Shown here: positions 1-10,604 of the stretch, one piece after another | Position numbering within the stretch: the first letter of the stretch is position 1 | How the letters are laid out: the number at the start of each line of letters is the position of its first letter | DNA from: Methylorubrum extorquens | GTDB taxonomy: Bacteria; Pseudomonadota; Alphaproteobacteria; Rhizobiales; Beijerinckiaceae | Direction: 5' to 3' | Assembly (NCBI GenBank): GCA_900234795.1 | Contig: LT962688.1 | Coordinates: 4,650,001-4,682,000 of the forward strand | Length of the DNA stretch: 32,000 bases | Made by a program: the position numbers and the translations under genes | Notes under the pieces: model-generated | Told to the model about the DNA's origin: nothing | What the model saw: the letters and a program-made list of their open reading frames with translations, nothing else | Database searches by the model: none

Positions 1-712
1 CAAAGCCGAGGCAGGCATCGATCGCCGCCGGCATCGCCCCCCAATCCTCGTGGATCTTGAGGCCGAGCACGCCGGTCTCAAGCTGTTCCTTCAAGGCCGC
101 CGGCTTGTGGGTGTTGCCCCTTCCCAAAAAACCGAAATTGACGGGCCAGGCTTCCGCCGCTTGGAGCATTTTTCCCGTGTTGAACGGCCCGCCGGAATCG
201 ATGCCGACGGTGATCGGCCCGAGCGAGCCGCCGAGCAGCGTCGTGATCCCTGAGGCGATGGCGTGATCGGGCAGGCCGGCGGAATCGAAATGCACGTGAA
301 CGTCGATGGCGCCGGGCGTCGCGATCAGCCCTTCGCAGTCGCGCACCGTGGTGCCGGCCGACACGATCAGGCGCGGATCGACGCCGTCCATGATCGCCGG
401 ATTGCCGGCCTTGCCGAGGCCGACGATGCGCCCGTCCTTGATGCCGAGATCGCCCTTCACGATGCCGAGGACGGGATCGATGACGAGGACATTGCACAGC
501 AGGAAATCGAGGGCTCCTTCAGCCGCCGTGACGCCCGGCGCGAGCCCGATGCCATCCCGAAGAGTCTTGCCGCCGCCATGGAGGCACTCGTCGCCGTAGA
601 CCGCATGGTCGTGCTCGACCACCGCGATGAGCGAGGTGTCGGCGAGCCGCACGCCGTCGCCGGTGGTGGGGCCGTAGAGGGCGGCGTAATCGCGCCTTGG
701 GATCGTGACCAT
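1..712 (-). CDS. ureC: Urease alpha subunit (UreC), N-terminal 237 codons; 3' end runs off the window
   Basis: Absent from the ORF track because there is no stop in the window. My translation from ATG (710-712, minus) reads [26 protein letters not shown]...[14 protein letters not shown]...[20 protein letters not shown]. This is the typical urease alpha N-terminus with the HxH metal site. It starts 15 nt after the ureAB stop. Confidence 0.93.
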   Translation of the reverse strand, partial: MVTIPRRDYAALYGPTTGDGVRLADTSLIAVVEHDHAVYGDECLHGGGKTLRDGIGLAPGVTAAEGALDFLLCNVLVIDPVLGIVKGDLGIKDGRIVGLGKAGNPAIMDGVDPRLIVSAGTTVRDCEGLIATPGAIDVHVHFDSAGLPDHAIASGITTLLGGSLGPITVGIDSGGPFNTGKMLQAAEAWPVNFGFLGRGNTHKPAALKEQLETGVLGLKIHEDWGAMPAAIDACLGF

Positions 713-727
713 GTTTCCGCGTCTCCC

Positions 728-1423
728 TCAGGCGCCCTTGAAGCCACAGGCCTTGGCGCGCGCCAGCGCGTCGGCGCGGGCCGCGTCGGTGTCGAGTTTG
801 CCCTGTGTCAGGTTGTTGAGGCCGGTGAGTTCCTTGGCGCCGCCGAAGCCCGTGAGCGTCACCGTCTTGCGCTGGCCCGGCTCGAACCGCACCGCCGTGC
901 CCGCCGGGATGTCGAGGCGAAAGCCCAGCGCCTTGGCACGGTCGAAATCGAGCGCCCGGTTGACCTCGAAGAAGTGGTAGTGCGAGCCGATCTGAACCGG
1001 CCGGTCGCCGGTGTTGACGACATCGAGGCTCACCCGCGGGCGCCCGGCACCAAGCTCGATCTCGCCCTCCGCCGGCAGGATCGCGCCGGGTTCGAGGGTG
1101 TCGGGCTCCGCCCCTTCCGCAGGTCGGATCGGCTCGTGTACGGTGACGAGCTTGGTGCCGTCGGGGAAGACGCACTCGACCTGCAGGATCGGCATCATCG
1201 AGGCCACGCCCGGCATCACGTCACCGGTGGTCAGGATGGTCGAACCCCAGCCGATCAGGTCGGCGACGGTGCGCCCGTCGCGAGCCCCCTCCAGGATCTC
1301 GTCGGTGATGATCGCCACGGCTTCCGGGTAGTTCAGCTTGAGCCCCCGCGCCCGCCGCTTGCGGGCGAGTTCGGCGGCGGTGAAGATCGTGAGCCGTTCG
1401 AGTTCGGTCGGCGTCAGCAGCAT
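728..1423 (-). CDS. ureAB: Fused urease gamma/beta subunit (UreA-UreB in one polypeptide, 231 aa)
   Basis: ORF 728..1486. Start moved to ATG 1421-1423 ([35 protein letters not shown], canonical gamma N-terminus) with an AAGGAG RBS 8 nt upstream. Residues 1-100 are gamma. After a short [11 protein letters not shown] linker come the beta motifs ([19 protein letters not shown]). Confidence 0.93.
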   Translation of the reverse strand: MLLTPTELERLTIFTAAELARKRRARGLKLNYPEAVAIITDEILEGARDGRTVADLIGWGSTILTTGDVMPGVASMMPILQVECVFPDGTKLVTVHEPIRPAEGAEPDTLEPGAILPAEGEIELGAGRPRVSLDVVNTGDRPVQIGSHYHFFEVNRALDFDRAKALGFRLDIPAGTAVRFEPGQRKTVTLTGFGGAKELTGLNNLTQGKLDTDAARADALARAKACGFKGA

Positions 1424-2589
1424 CGGCGCGGCTCCTTCAATTCGCGAACAGGCGGAGTTCGGCCTGGGCTTGGCGCATGGCGGCAATCTCGATCAGCGGG
1501 GGTGAAGCCGGTGAGTTCGATGGTGCCCGCCGGTTCCGGCACGGGCTGCTCCAGCAGTTCGGCGATCAGCGGCAGCGCGCCCCCCAGCACCCTTTGCGCC
1601 TCGATCGCCCCGATGGCGCCGAGCCGCACCGCGGCCGAGGTGAGCCCGCTGGCAAAGAGATAGCCGGAGACGGATGCGGCGGTACGCTCGTCGAGGCCGA
1701 GTGCCGGCCACAGCGCGCCTTGCACGGTGGGAAGATGCCCGAGCAGCCGGCCCGCCCGCACGGAAGCGCGCAGGTCGGCGGCGCCTGGCGTGCCAAGGCG
1801 GGCGTGCGAGGCCAGCAGCGAGGCACCGTTGCGGCGGCTGCCGACCCGCATCGGCTCGGCCAGTGAGGCCGCCTCGACCGCCGCGTCGATGGCCGCGAGG
1901 CGTTCGATGGCGCCGCCGGCTCGGTGGGCCAGGATCAGCGCGACCCGGTCGGTCTCGGCCCAGCGGAAGCGCAGGGCCGCCGCGACGGTGCGGGCGAGCG
2001 CCGCCTCGTCGAAGGCCGGGTTCTCGGCCACCAAACCTTCGAGGCCGTTGGAGAAAGCAAAGCTGCCGCTCGGGAAGGCCGTGTCGGCCTGCTGGAGCGC
2101 GGTGAGGGCGGCAAGCAAGGCCTCAGGCCCCCCCTCGGCCGCCGCGTCGATGGAATGGGCGACGCGGCCCTCCTCGATTAGGGCGCCGAGACGTACGAGG
2201 TAATCCTCGGCCGGCCCTTCCAGCGCGACGAGGATCGCCGCGCCGTCGAAGCGGACCCGCCAGTGAAGGTTGCCGGCATGGTAGCCGAGTTCGAGCGCAT
2301 CGGCGGTGGAACGCGGCACGAGCCGCAGCCAGCTTTCGGTGCCGACGCGGGCGACAAGCGCGTGACCATCTTCGAGGAGGAGCACGGCGCCGTCGAACAG
2401 GGCCTGATCCCGCGGCAGGGCGAGCGCGATCTCCTCGCCGGCCACCGTCGTCGCCCGCAGGCGCCGCCGGGCCACGTCGGCGCTCGGCACCCGGAGGATG
2501 TCCACCGCGCCGTGATGTTCGAGGTGATGCAGGCGCTCCGCGAGACCAGCCTCCGACCGGCTGCCCAGAACGCGTTGGATCACACGCAT
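1414..2589 (-). CDS. ureEF: Urease accessory protein UreE-UreF fusion; the last ~20 codons appear frameshifted (see finding)
   Basis: The N-terminal ~145 aa are UreE-like ([15 protein letters not shown]). The remainder is UreF-like ([29 protein letters not shown]). ATG at 2587-2589 with GGAG 9 nt upstream. The canonical UreF C-terminus ([22 protein letters not shown]) is encoded in another frame after a G5 run at 1498-1502. Confidence 0.85.
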   Translation of the reverse strand: MRVIQRVLGSRSEAGLAERLHHLEHHGAVDILRVPSADVARRRLRATTVAGEEIALALPRDQALFDGAVLLLEDGHALVARVGTESWLRLVPRSTADALELGYHAGNLHWRVRFDGAAILVALEGPAEDYLVRLGALIEEGRVAHSIDAAAEGGPEALLAALTALQQADTAFPSGSFAFSNGLEGLVAENPAFDEAALARTVAAALRFRWAETDRVALILAHRAGGAIERLAAIDAAVEAASLAEPMRVGSRRNGASLLASHARLGTPGAADLRASVRAGRLLGHLPTVQGALWPALGLDERTAASVSGYLFASGLTSAAVRLGAIGAIEAQRVLGGALPLIAELLEQPVPEPAGTIELTGFTPADRDCRHAPSPGRTPPVRELKEPRRCC

Positions 2590-2873
2590 ACGCCACGACT
2601 CCGATACACACGCCGCCCCGCCCGGTGCGGGGGCGGAGCTGTCCTCGGGGTGCCGAAACCGCGGGGGCGGTTCCCGGCAACTCCCAAGATCCTAAGCGAG
2701 GATCGCGCCAGAATCGAGCGTATTGAGAATTAAATTTTCTCGCAAAGAAAGCGGTGGGCGGTGTGGCACTCGCTCAGCGCGCATTCCGACGAAGTGGTCA
2801 CCGGTTCGTCGCAAGAATGCGCGTCAGCACAAGGACCGAGAGTCGCCGACCTGATGCAATCAGGTCGGTGGCT

Positions 2874-3917
2874 CTAGCGCGATGCAACCAGAGGGTTCGC
2901 GTCCCGGCCGCGACCCGGAACGACCACGACGCGGCGGATCTCGCCGCGCAGATAGGCCTGCAGGAACCGGTCGTAATTCTTGAACGAGATGCAGCCGTTC
3001 GAGGCGCCGTTGGGCCCGAGCAGGTAGGTGTGGGTGAGCAGGCCGACGCGTCCGTGGATCGCCTCGCTGCCGCCGACGGGCGTGAGGCGCAGGGCTCGCA
3101 CGCCGTGGAACGGTGCCTCACGCTCAGTCAGGTCGTAGGTGCCCGGCGGGGTGGCGCCGCGCATCTTGAGATGGACGTAGCGCGGATCGTCCATGCTCTC
3201 GCCGAGGCCGGAATGCGCTTCCAGCCGTTCGCCGCTCGGCAGAACCACGCTCTGGGCGCTGATGTCGTAGACCGCGATGCCGCCTTCGCCGACGGGCGGT
3301 GCGGCGGGCAGGGGCGTGGTCAGAACCCGGCGGGCGGCCGACTCGGCAGCGCCGTTCTCCAGGGCCGCGTAGGCGAGGGCGGGGGCCGGTGTGGCGGGTT
3401 TCTCGACGCCGAGCAGCTTCTCGAAGAAGGTGCGGGTGTCCTCGACCTGGGCCGGCGCCACCGCGACCGTGGACCGGCGCGCGACCATCCGCTCGGCCCG
3501 GCGCAGGGCGTCCGCCGCCCCGAGGCGCGTCAGCTCGGCCGGGCGGCGCACGGGCAGGGGCACGACTTGCGCAAGCGCCGCCGTCGGTGCCTCGTTCGGA
3601 AGCCAGAACAGGGAAGCCGTCCCGAAGCGCGCCTCAGTGGGGGCGGGCAACGCCCGGGGCATCCACTCGGCCAAGGCTTCGGTCAAAACTTCGGCCGGCG
3701 GCTCCGCGGCGTCCAATGCGGCCTCCGGCGCTTGGTCCGGGATCGAGGCCACCGTCTCTACGGGGGTATCCGGCACCGGGTCTGCCGCAATGGGGACCGC
3801 CACCGTTTGAAGCGGTGGCAGATCGATCCGTCCAAACGGCGCGGAGGAGGCCAGGATCAGGGCCGCGCTCAGATAGGCGGCCGAGGGGAGAGCCCACGAG
3901 AGGAGAGGATGTGCCAT
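2874..3917 (-). CDS. Secreted DUF2778 / Tlde1-like (L,D-transpeptidase-fold) protein
   Basis: N-terminal signal-like segment (MAHPLLSWALPSAAYLSAALILASSAP), an Ala/Pro-rich linker, and a C-terminal block YVHLKMRGATPPGTYDL...HGRVGLLTHTYLLGPNGASNGCISF. This resembles the His...S-x-G-C catalytic motif of DUF2778/Tlde1 domains. Confidence 0.8.
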   Translation of the reverse strand: MAHPLLSWALPSAAYLSAALILASSAPFGRIDLPPLQTVAVPIAADPVPDTPVETVASIPDQAPEAALDAAEPPAEVLTEALAEWMPRALPAPTEARFGTASLFWLPNEAPTAALAQVVPLPVRRPAELTRLGAADALRRAERMVARRSTVAVAPAQVEDTRTFFEKLLGVEKPATPAPALAYAALENGAAESAARRVLTTPLPAAPPVGEGGIAVYDISAQSVVLPSGERLEAHSGLGESMDDPRYVHLKMRGATPPGTYDLTEREAPFHGVRALRLTPVGGSEAIHGRVGLLTHTYLLGPNGASNGCISFKNYDRFLQAYLRGEIRRVVVVPGRGRDANPLVASR

Positions 3918-4216
3918 GCGCCGCCCGAATTCCCGTCCGGGAGCGGCCTCCGCCCCGGTCCTGAACCGCCCCGCCGACGCACGCGCCCTGCGACGCGCAT
4001 CCCTCGGCCGGTCAATGTCTCGTTAACCAAGTGCGCCGTCGCGCTCGGCGATTCTGGGGCGAGATCATGGTCGGGCGGGGGTTAAACCGGAGCGGACTTT
4101 GGGCCGGATGATCGCGGGAGAGGCGGAGGGATGATGCTGAGGGACGGGACGGTCCGGCAGCGCGGGACCGATCCCGAGGTCGATTCGGCGCCGAACTGCG
4201 AGCCCGAGCGCTGCAC

Positions 4217-6184
4217 TCATTTCTGCGATTTGAGATAGCCTCGAATGTGTTCGAAAGATTCGCCGATCGCGCTCAAGGCGTGACGGCGCCTCCCCAGCAG
4301 ATGTCGCAGGTCCAACTGGGCCGCTTCGCGGCTCGGACCCTCCAAGGCCGGCAGGGGCGGCAGGATATGGGCGTAATAGGTCTTGCCCAGCAATCGGTGC
4401 AGCAGACGTTCGCCGGGGAACGGGAGATTGTTGTTCAGGGCGCGCGCCGCTTTGAGAAGGTTTCGGATATCGTACTGTACAGGGCTGATATCCGGCACCT
4501 GCTTGTGCAGGCCGAGCAACGTATAGACGGCCACGCGCGCGGTGCGGATCGAGCTGTCCATCGTGAAGATGATGTCGTTTGAGGTTTCGACGAACTGGCC
4601 CATCAGGCCCAGATTCGTGCAGCCCTTCGGCACGACATGCGGCCGGTCGCCTGCCGCGCGCGGCATGAACATCGCCGTGATGTAGGGCATCAGCGCCAAC
4701 CGCACCTTGGTGTTGGCAGCGACGGCTTCGCATTGGTCGGCGATGCCGAGATGATAGCAAAGTTCGCTCAAGATCTCCCGGCCGGTACAGGCGGGCATCG
4801 GCTTCCGGACGTGGTTCCCGTCCTTGTCCATCAGGAGCGCGTAGGCCCAGAGCACCAGCACGTCCTTGGGCTGTTCCGGGAAGTGCGGCTGCCGGTTGCA
4901 GGTCACGCTCAGCACCCAGTTCGAATCCGTGAAGGTGATGATGCCACCCGTCACCGTCTTGCCCGAATAGGGATCGTTGACCGCCAGCTACTTCAGCCGC
5001 TCGACCAGGGGCGAGGGTTTGCAGGTCAGCGTCACCGATTCCCACATCGACTTGTCGATGTCGCCGTAGAACTTCGCGGGATTGCCGAAGACCGGTGATT
5101 TCTCAGCCAGATTCTTCCACAACGCCCAGTCGCTGTCCTGGCCCGGATCGTGTCGGTCGCGTTCGAGGACCGGTGCCTGATCCATGTCGCCATAGGCCGT
5201 GCCCTCGGTCATCGAGCCGGTCAGAGCAAAGACCACGTCCCGGCTCTCGACGGGGATGACGTCCTCCTTGCCCTTCGCTTTGACGTGGATACCCGTGACG
5301 GTGCGCGCATCGCCATCGACGCTCATGGCCAGATCATACGCCCGCACGCCGAACCGCACGGTTACGCCGCGCGCCATGAGGTGGTTGACCAGCGGCCGGA
5401 CGAAACTGTCGTACTGGTTGTATTTCGGGAAGACGAGCGCCGACATATCCGCCAGCCCGTCGATCGCGTCGAGGAAGCGGTGCATGTACAGCTTCATCTC
5501 GAGCAGGCTCTGCCAGTTCTCGAAGGCGAACATCGATCGCCAGAAGAACCAGAAATTGGTCTCCAGGAATTCCGGGCTGAAATATTGCTCGATCGTGATG
5601 TCGTCGAGATCCTCCTTGCGCTTGAGCAGGAGGCGGATCAATTCCCATTGCTGGGGTTTCGTCAGGCCGAAATTCGAGAAATCGCGAATCTGCCCCTGCT
5701 CATGCATGAGGCGGGCTTTGGAGTAATTGGGGTCGTGATCGTTGACGAGCCGGTACTCGTCGAGGACGCTGTACCCTTCCGGGAGTTCGAGCGCCTGAAC
5801 ATCCTGGAACATGTCCCAGAGGTTGTCGTAGTTCCAGTTCATCTCGCGACCGCCGCGGATGATGTACCCGTCCTCCGGGTTGCCGGCGCCGTCGAGCGAG
5901 CCGCCTTCGACGTCCAGCGCGTCGAGGATCGTGATGTCCTGGCCGTTCATGCCGCCATCGCGGATCATGTAGAATGCGGCGGCCAGCCCGGCGATGCCGC
6001 CGCCGATGATCCAAGCCTTGCGCCCCTCCACCTGCGGCCCCGGCACCGGGCGGTTGCGCATGTAGGCGCCCATCATGTCGGGGGGCGGGAGCGTATTGGC
6101 AGGGCGATTGTGCCAATAGGCGGCCGATGCATCGGTTTCGACGACGAAATCGTGACCTTCTTTGCCTGGAATGGCTCCGGCCAT
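4217..6184 (-). pseudogene. ohyA: Oleate hydratase (MCRA / fatty-acid hydratase family) interrupted by a single in-frame TAG at 4988-4990
   Basis: ORFs 4988..6433 and 4217..4954 are in the same frame. Reading through the TAG gives ...[50 protein letters not shown] motif WIIGGGIAGLAAAFYMIRDG. Family blocks IIRGGREMNWNYDNLWDMF and FWFFWRSMFAFENWQS. Likely start ATG 6182-6184 (MAGAIPGKEG) with a GGGAGA RBS. Confidence 0.88.
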
Positions 6185-6688
6185 TGCGCGTCTCCCGAGA
6201 GGACGGCCGGCGTCAGAGGGCCGGCGTGACGGATAAGAGGGCCTCACGAAACGCGCGATCACCGATCGTCCCCCCTCCGGGCACGGCGGCGCAGCGGGCG
6301 TTTCGTGAGAGACAGTCAGGCGGGTGATCGGCTCGTGATCGCCGGCGTAGGGCCTGCTGAAAAAGCGGTTTTGAGCCTCTAAAGCCGGCCTGTTTGGCCA
6401 TGAGTCCGATGCGTCGGCATTGATGTGTCGCAATCGGACCGTGCATCCCCTGTGTTAGCGCTGGCTTCGCGGTGAGCGATGGTTTCCCGAGGTGATGGCG
6501 CAGCAAGTATCCCGGCGAAATTCTGTGCAGAGAGAAGAGCAGCCAAGCTTCCTCTCATTCAACAAGTCTGGATCGCGTCGTCCGCTGCCGCGGCATCGAT
6601 GCGCTGCGGGACTGTTCAGGTGATGGGACGGTCCGGGTCCGCTACCCTCGGAAATCCCGGCCCACACGTGTTCATCGAGGAGGATTGG

Positions 6689-7297
6689 ATGGCAGAACTC
6701 GTGGTGATCGGCTTCGAGGATCCGCAGGAGGCGGATCGCGCTCTGAACGAATTGGCCCGCCTGCAGACGGAATATCTGATCGATCTCGAGGATGCGGTCG
6801 TCGCCATCCGGAGCCCTGACGGCAAGCTGCGGCTCAAGCAGAGCGTCGATCTGGTCGGCGCCGGGGCCGCCTCCGGCGGTATCTGGGGCGCGATGTGGGG
6901 CTCGCTGGTCGGCCTCGTCTTCCTCAACCCGCTGCTCGGCCTCGCGACGGGGGCCGCCCTCGGACTGGGCGCGGGCGCTCTCTCAGGCAAGCTTGCGGAT
7001 TACGGCATCAACGATGACTTCATCCGCTCCGTCGCCGAGGCGGTTCAGCCGAACACCTCGGCGCTGTTCATCCTCGTGCGCAAGGCGCAGCCGGAGAAGG
7101 TGCTCGCGGAGATGTCACGGTTCCGAGGGCGCGTCATCCGCTCCTCGCTCTCGCCGGAGCAGGAGAGCCGCCTGCAGGCCGCCCTGTCGCAGCCTGACGT
7201 GTCGATGCCCGGAAGTGACGGCGCGTCGGCCGAACCGTCCGCGGGCAGCACGGGGGCGCCGCCTCCCGGGGGCTCCGGCACCGCCGACGGCTCTTGA
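6689..7297 (+). CDS. DUF1269-type membrane protein
   Basis: Start moved to ATG 6689 (MAELVVIGFEDPQEADRALNEL) preceded by GAGGAGGA. Gly-zipper membrane segment GAGAASGGIWGAMWGSLVGLVFLNPLLGLATGAALGLGAGALSG followed by LADYGINDDFIRSV, typical of DUF1269. Confidence 0.85.
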   Translation: MAELVVIGFEDPQEADRALNELARLQTEYLIDLEDAVVAIRSPDGKLRLKQSVDLVGAGAASGGIWGAMWGSLVGLVFLNPLLGLATGAALGLGAGALSGKLADYGINDDFIRSVAEAVQPNTSALFILVRKAQPEKVLAEMSRFRGRVIRSSLSPEQESRLQAALSQPDVSMPGSDGASAEPSAGSTGAPPPGGSGTADGS

Positions 7298-7553
7298 TCG
7301 CGGCGCTTGCGCAACCGGCGGTGGCCGTCGGCAACCGCGGCGCCGATCCTGCGGGCCGATGGAGGCTGCCGGCCCGTCGCGGGTGGGTAGTCGGCCGGCC
7401 CTGTCTCGAAGGTGCGTAAGCCGTCGCATCCGGCCGTCGGCCGCTGCCCGGCCGGGATGCGCGTGACGGCGGTGTCTCACGCCGCCGCCCGGTGAGGCGC
7501 CGCCTTCCGGTCGAAACAAGGTCCGGCCTCACTTTCGCCTCCCCCGGACCTCC

Positions 7554-10500
7554 ATGGTGGAACACTGCGTCGAGCCCCAGCCTGTCCGAACAATGAATCC
7601 CGCCCCGATGAGCGAGCAAGAGGCTGCGCGCCTTCGTGCCTTGGACCGCTATCGGTTGCTCGACACCCCGCGCGAGCAGGATTTCGACGAGATCGCCGAG
7701 GCCGCCGCCGAGCTGTGCGAGGCGCCGATCGCGGTGGTCAATCTCGTCGGCGACGGGCGGCAGTTCTTCAAGGCGGAGGTCGGCCTCGGTGTACGCGAGA
7801 CGCCGCTCGAAACCTCCTTCTGCCGGCAGGCGATCCTGCACGACGATTTCCTCTACGTGCCCGACACCGCGCGCGACCCGCGCTTCGAAGGCAACCCGCT
7901 CGTCAGCGGCGATCCCGGCCTGCGCTTCTACGCCGGCGCCCTGCTGAGGACCGACGAGGGGCAGCCGATCGGCACCGTCTGCGTCCTCGATACCCGCCCG
8001 CGCGAACTCACGGAGCGGCAGCGCCGCGGCCTGATGCGGCTCGCCCGCCAGGCCATGACGCAGATGGAACTGCGCCGCTCGCTGCGTGAGCAGGCGGAGC
8101 AGCGCCTGCTGCACGAGCGCATCCTCGACAGCGCCACCGACTACGCGATCGTGGCCATGGACCCCCAGGGCCGCGTCACGCGCTGGAACACCGGCGCCGA
8201 GCGTATCCTCGGCTGGACCGAGGCCGAGATGCTGGGCCGGACGGTCGATGCGTTCTTCACGCCGGAGGATCGGGCGGGCGACCGGCCCGATGTCGAGAAG
8301 CGCCTGGCGGCGCAGGCCGGCAGCGCCCCGGACGAGCGCTGGCACATGCGCAAGGATGGAACCCGTTTCTGGGCCTCGGGCGAGATGATGCCGCTGACGG
8401 CCGAAGACGGCGGGCTCATCGGCTTCCTCAAGATCCTGCGCGATCGCACCGGGCAGCGCGCCTCGGAGGCGGCATTGCAGGCGAGCGAGTTGCGCTACCG
8501 CTCTCTCGTCGAGGTCAGCCCGCAGGTCGTCTGGTTCGGAGACGAGGCCGGCCGCGTCACCTACTGCAACACCTATTGGTACGACTATACGGGGCTGCCC
8601 CCCGGCGAGACCGGCGAGGCGAGCTGGATGGGTGTGATCCATCCCGATCACCGCGAGCGCGTTCGCGATGCGTGGCTCGCCGCGGCGCGAAGCCGGGGGG
8701 GCTACGAGGTCGAGTTCCCCCTTCGCCGCGCCGACGGGCAGTACCGCTGGTTCCTGTCGCGGGCGCGGCCCGTGCGCGACGAGGCCGGGCATCTCAAGAG
8801 CTGGATCGGCACCACCCTCGACATCCACGAGCGCAAGGTGGCCGAGGAGCGCTTCGCGGCGCTCACCGAACTGGCCCCGGCCATCATCTGGTTCGGAAAT
8901 CCGGACGGCAGCCTCAGCTACCTCAACGACCGCTGGTACGCGTACACCGGCCAGACGCCCGAGCAGGCGCTGCCGCTCGGCTGGGGAGAGGCGATCCACC
9001 CGGACGACGTGGACGGCCTGCTCAAGGTCTGGGAGGCGGCCCGCACCCACGAGACCGTCTACGACACCGAGGCACGCCTGCGGGCGCGCGACGGAACCTA
9101 CCGCTGGTTCCTGATCCGTGCCGAGCCGCGCCGGGACGCGAGCGGCGCGGTGGTCGGCTGGCTCGGCAGCAACAGCGACATCCACGACCGTCGGCAGGCG
9201 GACGAGGATCTGCGCCGGGCGCGGGAGCAGTTGCACCTCGCCGTCGAGGCGACCGGAACCGGCATCTTCGACTACGACCTCGTCACGGACACGCTGGAAT
9301 GGGACGCGCGCACCCGCGCGCTGTTCGGCCTGGGACCAGAGGCGCCGGTCGCCTACGACGTGTTCCTGGCCGGCCTGCATCCGGACGACCGGGCCTGGGT
9401 CGATCGGGCGGTCGAGGCCGCGCTCGATCCGGCCGGCAGCGGCACCTATGACATCGCCTACCGGACCATCGGCCTGGAGGACGGCATCGAGCGCTGGGTC
9501 GCCGCCAAGGGACAAGCCTTCGTCGCCGGCGGCCGCACCGTGCGCTTCATCGGCACCGTGCGCGACGTCACGCAGAGCCGGCGGGCCGAGCAGACCCTGC
9601 GCGAGACCGAGGAGCGTTACCGCCTCGCGGCGCGCGCCACCAACGACGCGATCTGGGACTGGAACCTCGCGACGAACCAAGTCCTCTGGAACGAGGCGCT
9701 CACGGTCGCCTACGGTTATCCGCCGGAGGCGGTCGATCCGACCGGCGATTGGTGGATCACCCATATCCATCCCGACGACCGGGCGCGGATCGACACGTCC
9801 ATCCACGCGGTCATCGACGGGACCGGTACCGCCTGGAGCGACGAGTACCGTTTCCTGCGCGCGAACGGCACCTATGCCGACATCCTCGACCGGGGCTACG
9901 TCATCCGTGACGGGCACGGGGCGGCGGTGCGGATGATCGGGGCGATGCTCGACATCAGCGAGCGCAAGCGGGCCGAAGAGCACCAGCGCCTGCTCACCGG
10001 CGAGTTGCAGCACCGGGTCAAGAACACGCTCACCCTTGTCCAGGCGATCGCCAGCCAGACCCTCCGCAACGCCCCGGATCTCGATGCGGCCCGCGAGGCT
10101 TTCGCCGCGCGCCTGATCTCGCTCGGCCGCGCGCACGACATCCTGACCCGGTCGAGCTGGACCGAGGCGCCCATCGCGGAAGTCGTGGAGGGGGCTCTGG
10201 CGGTCCATCGCGGCGCTGCCATGGCGCGCATCCGCGCGAGCGGGCCGAGCGTGCTGCTCGGCGCCAAGGCGGCGCTCTCGCTTGCGCTGGCCCTGCACGA
10301 GCTTGCCACCAACGCGACCAAGTACGGCGCCCTCGCCAACGAGGTGGGATGCGTCGAACTGCGCTGGCACGTGGTGCACGAGGACGAGGCACCCCGCTTC
10401 TGCCTGACATGGTCCGAGCAGGGCGGTCCGCCCATCCTGAGCCAGCCCTCGCGCCGCGGCTTCGGCTCGCGCCTGATCGAGCGCAGCTTCGCTGCCGAGG

Positions 10501-10604
10501 TCGGCGGAGAGGTCAAGCTCACCTACGCGCCGACCGGCCTCGTCTGCCGCCTGGAAGCCCCCCTCGCATCGATGCAGGAGCCGCGCGCCGAGGTCGCCGC
10601 CTGA
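7554..10604 (+). CDS. Sensor histidine kinase: GAF + five PAS domains + HWE-type kinase core
   Basis: - GAF-like N-terminus: RLRALDRYRLLDTPREQDFDEI...FCRQAILHDDFLYVPD.
- Five PAS/PAC repeats, each ending in DI(H/S)ERK-like boundaries.
- HWE core: ELQHRVKNTLTLVQAIASQT, LHELATNATKYGAL, LTWSEQGGPPI.
- The start is uncertain: ATG 7554, 7593 or 7608. Confidence 0.9.
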   Translation: MVEHCVEPQPVRTMNPAPMSEQEAARLRALDRYRLLDTPREQDFDEIAEAAAELCEAPIAVVNLVGDGRQFFKAEVGLGVRETPLETSFCRQAILHDDFLYVPDTARDPRFEGNPLVSGDPGLRFYAGALLRTDEGQPIGTVCVLDTRPRELTERQRRGLMRLARQAMTQMELRRSLREQAEQRLLHERILDSATDYAIVAMDPQGRVTRWNTGAERILGWTEAEMLGRTVDAFFTPEDRAGDRPDVEKRLAAQAGSAPDERWHMRKDGTRFWASGEMMPLTAEDGGLIGFLKILRDRTGQRASEAALQASELRYRSLVEVSPQVVWFGDEAGRVTYCNTYWYDYTGLPPGETGEASWMGVIHPDHRERVRDAWLAAARSRGGYEVEFPLRRADGQYRWFLSRARPVRDEAGHLKSWIGTTLDIHERKVAEERFAALTELAPAIIWFGNPDGSLSYLNDRWYAYTGQTPEQALPLGWGEAIHPDDVDGLLKVWEAARTHETVYDTEARLRARDGTYRWFLIRAEPRRDASGAVVGWLGSNSDIHDRRQADEDLRRAREQLHLAVEATGTGIFDYDLVTDTLEWDARTRALFGLGPEAPVAYDVFLAGLHPDDRAWVDRAVEAALDPAGSGTYDIAYRTIGLEDGIERWVAAKGQAFVAGGRTVRFIGTVRDVTQSRRAEQTLRETEERYRLAARATNDAIWDWNLATNQVLWNEALTVAYGYPPEAVDPTGDWWITHIHPDDRARIDTSIHAVIDGTGTAWSDEYRFLRANGTYADILDRGYVIRDGHGAAVRMIGAMLDISERKRAEEHQRLLTGELQHRVKNTLTLVQAIASQTLRNAPDLDAAREAFAARLISLGRAHDILTRSSWTEAPIAEVVEGALAVHRGAAMARIRASGPSVLLGAKAALSLALALHELATNATKYGALANEVGCVELRWHVVHEDEAPRFCLTWSEQGGPPILSQPSRRGFGSRLIERSFAAEVGGEVKLTYAPTGLVCRLEAPLASMQEPRAEVAA

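Noticed and set aside
263-1663. 466-aa plus-strand ORF over ureC/ureAB. Similar shadow ORFs: 2754..4085(+), 5150..6229(+), 10673..11761(-), 10777..11832(+), 11765..12823(+), 17721..18773(+), 24214..25191(+), 25955..26824(+), 30276..31421(-)
   Set aside because: Each lies opposite or out of frame to a gene with clear family signatures, and each shows the skewed composition of non-coding frames.
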